64,000 bases of DNA from Candidatus Latescibacterota bacterium. Lineage in GTDB: Bacteria > Latescibacterota > UBA2968 > UBA8231. Made by a program: the position numbers and the translations under genes. Below, one piece after another: positions 51,567 to 62,634 of the stretch. The stretch covers positions 5,536,001-5,600,000 of the forward strand of contig CBDETY010000003.1 of the NCBI GenBank assembly GCA_965243025.1, given 5' to 3'. Numbering within the stretch: the stretch's first letter is position 1; the number at the start of each line of letters is the position of its first letter. Under the pieces are notes generated by a model, which searched no databases, was not told the DNA's origin, and saw nothing but the letters and a program-made list of their open reading frames with translations.

Positions 51567-54181
51567 GTGCCTTCGCGCGCCGGGCCGGGAAGGAAACCGG
51601 GACGGGAGGGGGTGCGGCCGCGCCGGGATGCGGGCAAGGGGAGGCGGGGACCGGACTCTTTCAGCCAGGCAGGGAACCTGAAGCTCTACGCCACAGGCGG
51701 CGGCCTGGGTCTGCTCGCACTGCTGCTGTTCGTCCACCAGTACACGACCATGGCCCGGTTCGCGGTCATACCCCCCGGCTTGCGGTTCACCAGTTTTTCG
51801 AAATACCTGTCGATCATCTTCGAAAGAATCGAGTTCGCCCCGCTGGACTACGCCCTGCTCGCCGCGACAGCCGGCCTGTTCCTGGCGCTGTTGGTCGCCG
51901 AACACCGCGGCGGCTGCCTGAGCGCCCTGCTGCGCTCGGTCTTCACCAGGGAAGGCAGGACCATCGCCCTGCTCGGGGCCGCCGGTTTCGTTGCGGTCCG
52001 GTTTTACCTCGGCTCCGGTCATTTCCCGTGGGGGGGAGATCAGCCGCAGCACATTTGCTTCTCTCACATGGCCTCCCGCTCGATTGCGGAGGGGGAGCTG
52101 CCGATCTGGACGAACTACCTCGGCACGGGTACGCCGTACCTGCAGTTCTACGGCTTCCTGTTCTTCTATCTGACAGGGCTCGTCGATCAGCTCTGGACCG
52201 ACATTTTCGCCTCGTTGAAAGCGGTGATGGCGGTCCTGCACGCTGCTTCCGGTTTGGCGATGTACCTGCTCGCGCGCACCGTGACCGGCTCGCGGGTGGC
52301 CGGCTTTATCGCCGGCCTGGCCTACGTGCTGAGCTTCTGGCATACCCAGCAGGTCATCATCATGGGCCGCTTTCCGCTGTCGCTCTTCTACGCCCTGCTG
52401 CCCCTGCCCTTCTACTTCTTCGAGCGCCTGTCGAGCCCCGGTCTCGCGGGGCACAGGGAGAGACTGGCGAGCAGTCTGGCAGGCGGAATCTGCCTGGGAG
52501 CCCTGGCCCTGACTCACCCGGGCTACGCCTTCTGGGCAACCGTGCTGCTGGGCCTGTACATCGGCTTGCGGCTGGTGCTGGAGACCCCGGCCGGCGAGCG
52601 TCCCGGGTTGGCCGGATGGTCCGCGGTTCTCCTTGCCGGCGGCCTGGTATTCGGGGGGTACCTGACTCTGCCGATGTGGCTCGAGCGCGACCATACGGGA
52701 CTCTACCGAGGCCTGGATCTCTCGGGGATACCGGCACCGACCTGGCAGCACGTGCTGGCCTGGTCGAACTACCGCTTCTGGGCGATTCTCCCGCCCGGCC
52801 TCGTCAAGGGCAACTGGTACGGCGGGTACCTCGGACTGACGCTGGTAATCGTCGTCGCGGCCGGGGCGGCCGTCTCCTTCCTCAGCCGCTCCCGCAAGCT
52901 GATTCTGCGCTCCTTGCCGGCCCTCTGCTGTCTCGTTCTGACGGTCCTCATCGTCTTCGGATACCACTGGCCGCTTTTCGAGTCCATTCCCATCGTGAAG
53001 ATGATGGGGGCGGGCCGCTACCTGTTGTTCACCGTTTTCTTTCTCGCCCTTGCCTCCGGGCCGGCGGCACAGGCTCTGATGGTCCTTCTGCGGCCCAGGC
53101 GCTGGAGGGTTCCGGTTTCGACGCTGATCCTGTGCGGAATCGCGGTCGACCTCGGGCCGGCGACGTTTCAGCAAGTGTATTTTGCCGGAGACCTGGGAGC
53201 CGGCATGTTCCCGCAAATCCGCGCGCAGGCCGACTCCCTGGATGCCCGCGGACAGTTGCCGAACTTCCGGGTCCTCTGGAACGGCTCAAAACGGGGCGAG
53301 AACTTGCTGAAAGGGCAACTGTATTTCGACACGCGTGCCCGAGGCCGGGTTCGTTCCACCCCGGGAGATCCAGGCCAGCGGTCGACTTCGTAAAACCGGT
53401 CGACCGATACCTGTCGAAGCTGGTCGAGATGGGTTATTTCGCGATTGACGACAGCATCGATGCCGCCCTGCAGGGACAGTTCCCCGAAACCCTTTTCGGG
53501 CGCAACCACGGGGGTATCGTTCTGGCAGGGCTCACCATGATGGATGTCAGGTATCACATTCTGTCAAATCGCGACGAGCAGGTAAGCATCGGTGACCTGG
53601 GCGCAACCGGGTCCCATGGCCCGGTGCTGGTGTCTTCGAAGATCGAGCCGTTTCCCCGCCGGGGGCTCGACCAGCTCGTCGCCAGCGGCGAACCATTCAG
53701 CGCCATGGAGTCCGAGGGAGTCGACTCCGGTTTCACGAAGATGCTCACCGATTCCTACCACGCCCTGTTCCTGGTGGCCAACACAGGTGTCGATCCTGCA
53801 ACCCGGGTGTGCGAGCGGATCTACGTGCCCGGATCCGAGGGCCGGGAGCTGGGGACCAACCCGGCCGTCGAGGTCCTCGAGCACACGGTGCGCATGCAGC
53901 GGGTCGACCTGAAACTGCGGGTCAGCGAGGCCTGCTTCGCCCGCCTGGCCTACTCGTACTTTCCGCATCTGCGCGTCACCGTCGACGGCCGCGAGGCCGC
54001 CCCCCTGCGCACGGCAGGGGGATTCATGGCGGTGCAACTGGAAGCCGGGGAGCACGACCTGACCCTGGAGGCGGAGCTGTCGCCGCTGCGGCGCGGCCTG
54101 CTCGCCGTCAACCTGCTCTACATGGCGGCAACGGCGTGCCTGTTCGTCGACAACAGGCGGAGGAAGCGGCAACTCCGATAA
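51567..54181 (+). pseudogene. PTPS-related/YfhO-like GT-C-fold membrane protein, frameshifted near 53330-53390
   Basis: GDQPQH, PIWTNYLGTGTPYLQFYG, many TMs in 51567..53393; continues in another frame to LAYSYFP..VTVDG and a C-terminal TM ending 54181; may be a sequencing error. Confidence 0.7.
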
Positions 54182-54245
54182 AACCGTGGGCGGACCCGGG
54201 ACTGCGGAAGAGCATCCTCCCGGCCGCGGCTTCTGAAGCGAGGCC

Positions 54246-56212
54246 CTACCAGTCGTGGACCCGGTGGCCCTCTACCGGAAACCAGATGACGTCGACCACC
54301 CCTGAAAGCACCACCGCCGCCACGTAGCCGATCCCCATGCGTAGAAGAACGGCTTGCCGGCGCGGTAGGCGCGCACGCCGCCGTAGCGGAGCAGGAGGAG
54401 CTTGGCGATCCAGACGAGAAAGAGGCTGAACCAGTAGATGCTGGTTCCGGCGGTGTGCTGGAACGCCAGCCCCATCGGGTGCAGCGGGAACCAGTAGTAG
54501 CGGGCGCGCAGGAAGGCGAGCGCCCCCGCCTCGAAGAAGCCGGTGAGCCAGATGCCCCACTTGCCGGGATCGAACACCCGCGGGTTCTGGATCAGGTGGG
54601 TGGTCTGGTCGTAGATCATCTTGAAGGCGAGCATCAGGTGGGTGGTGCCGCCGTGCTCGTAGGCGGTCTCGAGGCTGGCCCAGACCGCGACCAGGAAGCC
54701 GGTGGGAAAGGCGACGAGCACCGCGGCGATCACCCGGCCCGGCTGCTCCCGCAGCGGGAAGATCCGGAAGTGGTGGGGCAGGGCCGGCCACGCCGGCAGG
54801 CGGATGTTCCCGAAGAAGGCGTTACCCGTGAACATCTTGAAGGCCACCACCTGCTGCGGCGAGAGCCGCGACGACCCGATCAGGTCGGTTATCAGGGACT
54901 CTCCCTTGGCGTGCGCCCAGTTCGGCATCAGGTAGGGAAACCCGGTGGCCGCTATCAGCTTGACGATCACGAAGAAGGAGACCGCCATGGCGCAGAAGGC
55001 GATCACGGCCACCGGCAGGCTGGCGCCGAGGTGGACCCCCCAGGCGACGACGGCGGCTCCCGAAAGCACCAGCCCGGCCGCGGCGACGCGGTAGCGCCGC
55101 ACGTCGGCCCGGTCCCCCTCGCCGCGGCGCACCTGGCCCCACACCTCCTTCAGGTGCCGGCGCGCCACCCAGACGGACCAGACGGCGACGAAGACCATGG
55201 CGCCGTAGCTCTCCATCGACAGGATCTCCGCCCCGCGCATCTGCTGGCCCGACTCCCCGATCTCGAAGCCGACGGCGTCGAGGGCTCCCAGCTTGACGAC
55301 CGACAGCAGGTAGAACAGCACGAGGCTGCCGAGTATGTCGAGCGGGCACAGGTAGGTCACCGCGAGAACGAACGGCAGAACGCGGAAGCTCAGTCCCGGG
55401 AACGGCTGCGGCAGGGTTATACCCATCTGCCGGGTGTAGAGGATGAACTCCGGCAGGCCGAAGAAGAAGAAGGTGGCGACGTTGTAGAGCAGCGGCAGGA
55501 AGACGAGGCCGAACCCTCCCCAGAAGAGCCGGGAGCGGAACAGGTCCGGCATGCGCCCGGGGCCGTCGAACCCCCGGGTCATGTCCAGCGGCATCTGCGC
55601 CAGCGGAAAGCTCAGTTTCTCCGCATCTACCCACTGGCGCTGGAAGAGGATCACGAGGCAGATGCCGAACAGCAGCATGGCCCCCGAGGCCGCCAGCCAC
55701 TGCGCCGTCACCGAGATCCACCCGTCCCAGGGCAGCGGGGCCCCCTGGGGCAGCCCCATCCAGAAGTTGCCGATAACCCGGGGAGTCGCCTCCGGCAGGG
55801 CGTGCCAGGGCAGGTAGGGCAGCAGCAGGTCCGCCCACTGGTTCTCGGGGGTGGCCATGTAACCGGGGGCGGCGACGATGGCGATCCAGTAGTCGCTCCA
55901 GCCCCACTGCGGCAGCGCCCCGACGATCCAGAGCATGCTGAAGACGGTCAGCAGTTCCCCCCGGGTCAGGGCGAGGCGGGGCCACAGGCGCTTGAGGAGG
56001 ACGTTGACGAACAGCCACATCACGAACGGCATCAGCGCCACCATCGGGAACTGCGAGCGCACGTAGCTGCCCGAGCCCGAGGTGTGCCCCACCATCAGGA
56101 TGAGATAGGTGAACTGGCCGGCGATGGTCAGGGCGCCGACGAGGATGCCGCGCAGGGTGATGCGCAGGCTGGCCTTCTCGTCGGCGTCCCGCGGGCGGGT
56201 CTCTTCAGTCAC
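54246..56212 (-). pseudogene. Third DUF6785-type membrane protein, 1-nt frameshift at ~54340
   Basis: YMATPENQW, LPWDGW, RQWVDAEKLSFP, WFPLHPMG; KPFFY then MGIGYVAAVV resumes in another frame (tac gc atg; ggc expected). Confidence 0.75.
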
Positions 56213-56338
56213 GGGACAAGTGCAATCGAGGGTCTCGTTGCATAGATTGGCGGGCCGCCCCGGTACCGGGTGCGGGCGGGAGCGGGTTCCGTTTCCGTCC
56301 CGGCGGTCCCGATGGGCAGATACATGACCGGAGGATGC

Positions 56339-57448
56339 ATGCCGAAGAATACAGTACTTGAACCGGGGGTTCCCGCTGAAGCCGGCCTCTCCGCCGGGGG
56401 CCTGGAGCGGGCCGCCGGCCTGCTGCAGTCCGCCCTGGAGGAGAAGGCGGTCACGGCCGCGGCGATCGCGGTCGCAAGAAAGGGAAAGCTGGTGCTTTCG
56501 CAGGGGTTCGGCCACCTGCAGCCGCGCGCGGGCTCCCCGGAGGTGCAGCCGGATTCGATCTTCCTGCTCGCCTCGATCAGCAAGCCGGTGGCGGCCTGCA
56601 GCGTCATGCAGGTCGTCGACCGCGGCCTCGTCTCCCTCGACGACCCCGTCAATCTCCACATCCCCGAGTTCATCGGCTGGGAGCGGGCCAAGGTCCGCGT
56701 CTCCCACCTGCTGTCCCATGTCTCGGGGATGCCGGACATGCTCCCGGAGAACGTCCCCCTGCGGCGGGCGCACGCGCCGCTGAGCGCCTTCGTCGAGGGG
56801 GCGATTCGGACGCGGCTGCTCTACGAGCCGGGGACCTCGTTCCGCTACCAGAGCAAGGGGATCCTGCTGGCCGCCGAGATCGTCGAGCGCGTCACCGGCG
56901 AGCGCCTGCGCGATTTCCAGGAGCGCGAGCTGTTCGCGCCGCTCGGGATGAAGCGCAGCGCCCTCGGGCTCGGCGGCTTCGCCATCCCCGACACGGTCTG
57001 GTGCGGCACCACCATGGAGGAGGGGGACGAGGCGAAGAGCTGGGGGCAGAACAGCCCCTACTGGCGCGACCAGGGCCACCCCTGGGGCGGCATGCACAGC
57101 TCGGGGACCGACCTCGCGGTCCTGCTCCAGACCGTCCTCAACGGCGGCTCCTGCGGCGGCGCCGAGGTCTTCAGCCCGGCCGCCTGCGCGGCGATGACCG
57201 CGGACCGGAACGGGCATCTCGACGCCCCCTGGGGCCTCGGCTGGGCGCTGCGCGACTCACACGTCTGGAGCTTCTTCGGCGAGGTGGTGTCGGAGCGCAC
57301 CTTCGGGCACGTCGGCGCCACCGGGACCGTGGCTTGGGCCGATCCGGAGCGCGACCTCATCTGCGTCGTGCTGACCAACCAGATGGTGGCCGGCGGCAGC
57401 CTGCTGAGGCGGGTGTCGAACGCGGTCGCGGCGGCCGTGGTCGACTGA
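56339..57448 (+). CDS. Serine hydrolase, beta-lactamase family
   Basis: ASISK (SxxK), HLLSHVSG, FRYQS, FGHVGATGT. Confidence 0.9.
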   Translation: MPKNTVLEPGVPAEAGLSAGGLERAAGLLQSALEEKAVTAAAIAVARKGKLVLSQGFGHLQPRAGSPEVQPDSIFLLASISKPVAACSVMQVVDRGLVSLDDPVNLHIPEFIGWERAKVRVSHLLSHVSGMPDMLPENVPLRRAHAPLSAFVEGAIRTRLLYEPGTSFRYQSKGILLAAEIVERVTGERLRDFQERELFAPLGMKRSALGLGGFAIPDTVWCGTTMEEGDEAKSWGQNSPYWRDQGHPWGGMHSSGTDLAVLLQTVLNGGSCGGAEVFSPAACAAMTADRNGHLDAPWGLGWALRDSHVWSFFGEVVSERTFGHVGATGTVAWADPERDLICVVLTNQMVAGGSLLRRVSNAVAAAVVD

Positions 57449-58422
57449 TGTCCGCGGCCCTTCCCGAGTGCACCCTCGGGTCCACCGGTATCACCACCAC
57501 GGCCCTGGGAATCGGCGGTTACATCGGCGAGCTCGAGCATCCCGGCGCCACCGCGGCCGAGCGCCGGGACGCCGCCGTCGCCGCGGTGCAGAGGGCCGCC
57601 GGGCTCGGCATCCGCTACTTCGACACCTCCCCGGCGTACGGGTCCGACGGCGGGGCCCAGAAACTGCTCGGCCTCGGGCTGCGCAGCCTGACTCAAGAAC
57701 AGCGGGCAGGGGTCACCCTGTCGACCAAGGCCGGCACCCATCCCGAACGCCATCACCGCTACGACCGCGACTCCATCCTCTGGTCGGTCGACGAGAGCTT
57801 CCGGCTGCTGTTCCGCGACCACGTCGAGGTTTTGCTGGTGCACGACCCGGACGGCCACGAGCACATGGACGAGGCGCTCGCGTCCGGGGGAGCCGTCGAG
57901 GCCCTCGAGGAGCTCAAGGAGCAGGGGGCAATCAGGGCCATCGGGCTGGGGGTGCAGAGCCACGCCCTGCAGCGGCGCGCCATCGACAGCGGCCGCTTCG
58001 ACGTCATCCTGCCTTCGTACGACTACCACCTGACCCGCACCAGCGCCGCCCCCCTGCTGCGGGAGGCGGCCGCCAGGGGGATCGGCGTCATCAACGCCTC
58101 CCCCTACAACTCCGGCATTCTCGCCGGGCTGCACCCGTCGGAATCGGCGAAACGCCGCGGCGGGTCCCCCACCGACCTCGAGGCCGCCGCCAGGGTCTGG
58201 GACTGGTGCCGCGAGCGCGAGGTCGACATCGGCGCCCTCGCCGTGCAGTTCAGCTTCCGCTGCCCCGACGTCGACGCCACCCTCGTCGGCCCGCGCACCG
58301 CCGCCGAGGTCGAGGAGAACGTGCGCCACGCGACCGCGGAGATCCCCGCGGAAGTCTGGGAGGAGTTCGAGCCTTTCCAGGCGACCCTGCCCGGAATGCA
58401 GCAGGCAGGGCGGACGCCCTGA
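57448..58422 (+). CDS. Aldo/keto reductase
   Basis: YFDTSPAYG, STKAG, LVHDPD, GAIRAIGLG; TGATG coupling. Confidence 0.9.
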   Translation: MSAALPECTLGSTGITTTALGIGGYIGELEHPGATAAERRDAAVAAVQRAAGLGIRYFDTSPAYGSDGGAQKLLGLGLRSLTQEQRAGVTLSTKAGTHPERHHRYDRDSILWSVDESFRLLFRDHVEVLLVHDPDGHEHMDEALASGGAVEALEELKEQGAIRAIGLGVQSHALQRRAIDSGRFDVILPSYDYHLTRTSAAPLLREAAARGIGVINASPYNSGILAGLHPSESAKRRGGSPTDLEAAARVWDWCREREVDIGALAVQFSFRCPDVDATLVGPRTAAEVEENVRHATAEIPAEVWEEFEPFQATLPGMQQAGRTP

Positions 58423-58550
58423 TCCTCGCCGTGTCCCCTTTGTCCGGGGACGGCGCCCGCCCTGCGGCGCGCCAGGCAGGGATGAGCGGGGACCCAAATG
58501 CATGAGAACCGCCCGGACGGGCCGGGAGGTCTGGCGCCGGAGCTTGTGGA

Positions 58551-59645
58551 ATGAGAATCACCGGCTTCGACATCCACGAGGTCGCCGTCGACGGGCGCCA
58601 GAGCTGGGTCTTCGTGCAGGTGCACGCCGGCGACGGAATAAGCGGCCTGGGGGAGATGAACCCATCGGCGCCGCGGCGGGCCTGCCTCGACGCGGTGCGG
58701 GAGATCGGGGAAGCGCTGCAGGGCCGCGACCCGCGGCGGATAGCGGAGATCGCCGCCTTCCTCGAGCCGGAGAAGCTCGACCGCCCCGGGATGCACGCCT
58801 TCAGCGCCGTCGAGCAGGCCCTCTGGGACATTCTCGGCAAGAGCCTGGGAAAACCGGTTCACGCCCTCTTCGGGGAGCGCATTCACCGGGAGATCCCGGT
58901 GTACGCCAACATCACCCGGGGCACCCGGGAGCTGACCCCCCAGGCGTTCGCGCGCAGCGCCGCCGGGGCCGCGGCGGACGGCTTCGCGGCGATGAAGCTG
59001 GCCCCGTTCGGAGGGGAGCCGATGAAGCGGGACCGGGCCGCGGCCGTCGCCAACGGCATCGAGTGCGCCCGGGCGGTGCGCGCAGCCATCGGCCCGGACG
59101 CCGACCTGATGCTCGACTGCTACGGGATCTTCAGCGCCGGCGAGGCCCTCCAGATCGCCCGCGGGGTCGCCGACCTCGGCCTCTACTGGCTCGAGGAGCC
59201 GGTGGCCGAGGACGACGTCGAGGGGTACCGCCGGGTAAAGGGGGAGACCGGCCTGCGGCTCGCCGGGGGGGAGCGCTTCATGTTCCGCCGGGGGTTCCGC
59301 CCGGCCCTGGATGCGGAGCTGTTCGACGTGGCGATGCCGGACGCGACCATAGCCGGTGGGGCCGGCGAGCTGTGGGAGGTGGCCGGCATGGCCGCGGACC
59401 GGGGGATGGCCACGGCGCCGCACGGACCGTTCGGGCCGGTGCTGACCGCGGTGCAGGCCCAGGTGATGGCGGCGCAGCCGTCTTTCCTGGTCCTCGAGCA
59501 CGCCTGGGGGCAGGTGCCGTGGCGGGAGGACCTGGTGCACCCGCGCGAAACCGTTCGGGACGGCCGGCTGCTGCTGCCCGGTGGGCCCGGTTACGGCATC
59601 GAGCTGAACCTCGAGGAGGTGTCGGCGCGCGTTCTGCGCGCCTGA
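58551..59645 (+). CDS. Mandelate racemase/enolase-superfamily dehydratase (DgoD-like)
   Basis: EQALWDILGK, YANI, MKLAPF, MLDCY, WLEEP, GGE, APHGPFGP. Confidence 0.88.
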   Translation: MRITGFDIHEVAVDGRQSWVFVQVHAGDGISGLGEMNPSAPRRACLDAVREIGEALQGRDPRRIAEIAAFLEPEKLDRPGMHAFSAVEQALWDILGKSLGKPVHALFGERIHREIPVYANITRGTRELTPQAFARSAAGAAADGFAAMKLAPFGGEPMKRDRAAAVANGIECARAVRAAIGPDADLMLDCYGIFSAGEALQIARGVADLGLYWLEEPVAEDDVEGYRRVKGETGLRLAGGERFMFRRGFRPALDAELFDVAMPDATIAGGAGELWEVAGMAADRGMATAPHGPFGPVLTAVQAQVMAAQPSFLVLEHAWGQVPWREDLVHPRETVRDGRLLLPGGPGYGIELNLEEVSARVLRA

Positions 59646-59736
59646 TCGCCAGCGGATTGCCCGGCCCCGGCTTCGGGGCGAGTTTCACCGCTGCCAGCCA
59701 GTGCGGATTTCCCAATACACCGAACAAGGAGACGAC

Positions 59737-60360
59737 ATGAAGGTAGTAGCAGTCGGATGCGAGTACTCCGGGGTGAGCACCCTGATCGACCGCATCTACG
59801 CCTGGGGCCGGGAGCGGGGGATCAACCACCACCTCGACGACCACTTCACCATCCCGGACCCCTTCCATCTCGACGAGGAAGAGCAGCGGGCCATGCTCGA
59901 CATGCTTCCCGGGATCAAGGAGCGCTTCCAGCGCTTCCAGATCGTCTATCACATACGCCTGCTGTACCGCTACGAGCACATCCTGATGGGGGGCTTCCAC
60001 ATCGAGGAGGCGGTCTACGGACCGCGCTACTACTACCCCGGGACCAACGTCGAGGTCCGCGAGTACGAGCCCGACATGCCCGACGACGTGATCCTCGTGC
60101 ACCTGCACGCGCGCCCCGAGGTGATCCGCGGCCGCGGCGAGAGCGATCCCCACCCGCACCAGATGGTGCCGGCCGCCGACGTCGAGGAGGTGCTCGAGCA
60201 GTTCCGCAGCGAGTTCGGGCAGTCCTGGATCCGCCGCAAGTTCTCCATCGACACCTCCGACCTGACCCCGGACGAGCTGCTCGAGCAGTTCCTCGAGCGC
60301 TCGATCCCCCACCTGAACCCCACCGACGCCCTCACCCGGGTACAACTCGGAGGGAGCTGA
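59737..60360 (+). CDS. Hypothetical protein, P-loop kinase-like with degenerate Walker A
   Basis: MKVVAVGCEYSGVSTL, LVHLHARPEVIRGR, IDTSDLTPDE; RBS aaggag. Confidence 0.75.
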   Translation: MKVVAVGCEYSGVSTLIDRIYAWGRERGINHHLDDHFTIPDPFHLDEEEQRAMLDMLPGIKERFQRFQIVYHIRLLYRYEHILMGGFHIEEAVYGPRYYYPGTNVEVREYEPDMPDDVILVHLHARPEVIRGRGESDPHPHQMVPAADVEEVLEQFRSEFGQSWIRRKFSIDTSDLTPDELLEQFLERSIPHLNPTDALTRVQLGGS

Positions 60361-60361
60361 A

Positions 60362-61504
60362 ATGAAGATCGTCGACATCGGAGCCGTCCTCCTGCAACCG
60401 ATGCCCTGGGTGCTGGTCAAGGTGCGCACCGACGAGGGGATCACCGGCATCGGCGAGGCCTACCACGGGGCCGGCGTCCACCACATCGCCGTCGACGAGC
60501 GCCTCACGCAGCGCGCCCTCATCGGCCAGGATCCGCGCAACGTCGACAGGCTCTTCCGCGACATGAAGAGCTCGATGTCGGCATCGGGGTATTACCAGGG
60601 GGCGGTGATGAGCGCCATCAGCGGCATCGAGATGGCCCTGTGGGACATCGCCGGGCAGGCCCTCGGCGTTCCGATCTGGCAACTGCTCGGGGGGGCCTGG
60701 CGCGACTCCATCCGTGTCTACAACGACTGCCACGCCGGTGACGAGGACGACAATCCCGAATCCTGGGCAGCCAAGGCCAGGGCCGTGGAGGCGCGCGGCT
60801 TCGACGCCATCAAGTTCGACATCGACCCGCGCCCCGACCGGCGCGACCGCTACAACCGCACCATGAGCAACCGCGACATCGCCTTCCACATCGAGGTGGT
60901 CACGGCGATCCGCGAGGCGCTCGATCCGAACACGGACCTGCTGATCGACGCCCACTGGGCCTACGCCCCCCACGACATCCTCAAGGTCGCCTACGCCTTC
61001 GAGGAGCTGGACCTGATGTGGCTGGAAGACCCGATTCCCGCCGAGAACGTCGCCGCCCTGAAGGAAGTGAAGGCGGCTACGCGGGTGCCGATCTGCACCG
61101 GCGAGAACCTGTACACGCGGCACGGGTTCCGCGAGCTGGTCGAGACCCAGGCGACCGACATCATCTCCCCCGACCTCGCCAAGGCGGGCGGGCTGTCGGA
61201 AGGGCGGCGCATCGCCGACCTCGCCGACATCTACTACATGCCGATCTCCCCCCACAACATCTGCGGGCCGATCGGCACGATGGCCATGGCCCACGCCTGC
61301 GCCGCTTCCCCCAACTTCCAGGTCCTCGAGTTCCACCACCTCGACAACGAGGTCTGGAACAGCCTGACGGTGGAGCGCGACCTGATCGTCGACGGGCACA
61401 TCCCCCTGCCGCGCGCTCCCGGTCTCGGCGTCACCCTCGACGAGGAGGCGGCGCGCCGCGCGGCGCGCGAGGACCTGGGGTTCTTCGATGAGGAGGGCGG
61501 GTAG
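60362..61504 (+). CDS. Mandelate racemase/enolase-superfamily dehydratase
   Basis: SGIEMALWDIAG, IKFD, LIDAH, WLEDP, CTGEN, SPHN. Confidence 0.92.
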   Translation: MKIVDIGAVLLQPMPWVLVKVRTDEGITGIGEAYHGAGVHHIAVDERLTQRALIGQDPRNVDRLFRDMKSSMSASGYYQGAVMSAISGIEMALWDIAGQALGVPIWQLLGGAWRDSIRVYNDCHAGDEDDNPESWAAKARAVEARGFDAIKFDIDPRPDRRDRYNRTMSNRDIAFHIEVVTAIREALDPNTDLLIDAHWAYAPHDILKVAYAFEELDLMWLEDPIPAENVAALKEVKAATRVPICTGENLYTRHGFRELVETQATDIISPDLAKAGGLSEGRRIADLADIYYMPISPHNICGPIGTMAMAHACAASPNFQVLEFHHLDNEVWNSLTVERDLIVDGHIPLPRAPGLGVTLDEEAARRAAREDLGFFDEEGG

Positions 61505-61571
61505 GGAGAGGCTGGTGCCCGCCTTCGAGTTGGCTGGAAATCACTCCGCCGGGGGGCTGCCGCCCCTGAAT

Positions 61572-61608
61572 GAAAAGGGCCGGTCCCGCAGATTGACCGG
61601 CCCTTTTC
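61572..61608. terminator. Bidirectional intrinsic terminator
   Basis: GAAAAGGGCCGGTC-ccgcagatt-GACCGGCCCTTTTC perfect 14-bp stem between convergent genes. Confidence 0.85.
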
Positions 61609-61691
61609 CATGCCCTGACCCTGATCCTGCGTAGTACTCACGGGTTCGGTAATTCAGTGAAGGGACTCAAGCCAGGGAGTCCGCTTCGAGC

Positions 61692-62603
61692 TCATGGAAC
61701 CGTGGGGCTCCGCGGAGACTCCTCCACTTCCCGGGCATCCCGCCCCAAGGGGTACGGCTTCCCGGGGGAAGGAGACACGGGGAAGCGGACCATCAGGCCG
61801 CCGTTCGCGAACAGGCCACCGAGCTGGAATTCCCGGGAAATCCCCGAGGTAGTCCAGGACTTGTCGAGGTGACGGTAACGGAACTCTCCGAAGAGAACGG
61901 CATTTCGGTCCTCCCGAAGGGAGAAAAAGGCCGGAAAGTTGGCGCGCACCCCGAGGGAGAGCGGGAAGGCGGATCTGCCGTCGAGATGGCTGGAGCGCAG
62001 AGCACCCGTCGAATTGCGGCGGCGAAGCTCGCCGCCGACGCGGGCGAAACCTGCCCCGGCCACCAGTTCAAGGCGCAAGCCGGGCTGGGAGAAGAGGAGG
62101 CGGTGGCCGGTCAGCTCCAGGGCCGTGACGGAGTGGCGGGCGCCGTCGGCGAGATCTCCGAACCGGGACTCGACCTCGAAGGCGACCACCGACAGACCGG
62201 CGCGGCGGCTGTCGGAGAGGCGGTGCACGAAACCGATTTCCCCAAGGCGGAAGCCGCCGAGTTTCCGAGCCCACCCGGCGCTCGACCGCAGATGGAGGCT
62301 GCGCGTCCAGTGAAACCAGGTTTTGTTTTGCAGGCGGCGCAGATGTTGAAGGAGAAGGCCTTCGGAGGGGCTTTGGGGCGGGTAGCGAAGAGGGTGCGGC
62401 AGGGGATTTACTTCGGTGGCCGGAAGGGTGAACGGCCCTTCTCCGGGAGCGGGCGCTTCAGGCGCCTGGCGCTCGACGGAATCCTGAACAGCAACAATGC
62501 TGTCCTGCTTCAGCGACCGGGAGGTCTGCTATTCAGAGGAAAATCCGGCAGCTTCGATCTGAAAAGCCGCGAGCAGCAGGGGGATGAAGAGGAACCGGAT
62601 CAT
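61692..62603 (-). pseudogene. Secreted, probable outer-membrane beta-barrel protein interrupted by one in-frame TAG (62529-62531)
   Basis: Signal MIRFLFIPLLLAAFQIEAA; manual translation shows the same frame open from 62528 into ORF 61692..62228, with alternating beta-strands (LFGEFRYRH, LFANGGLMVRF). Confidence 0.65.
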
Positions 62604-62634
62604 GCCCTTGGCGGGATCCCGCACCAGGTGAGGC

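Noticed and set aside
62529-62531. Pyrrolysine or genome-wide amber recoding
   Set aside because: TAG is a normal stop for many genes here (e.g. 1086, 22343, 61504); no pyl genes; site lies in a non-catalytic linker.
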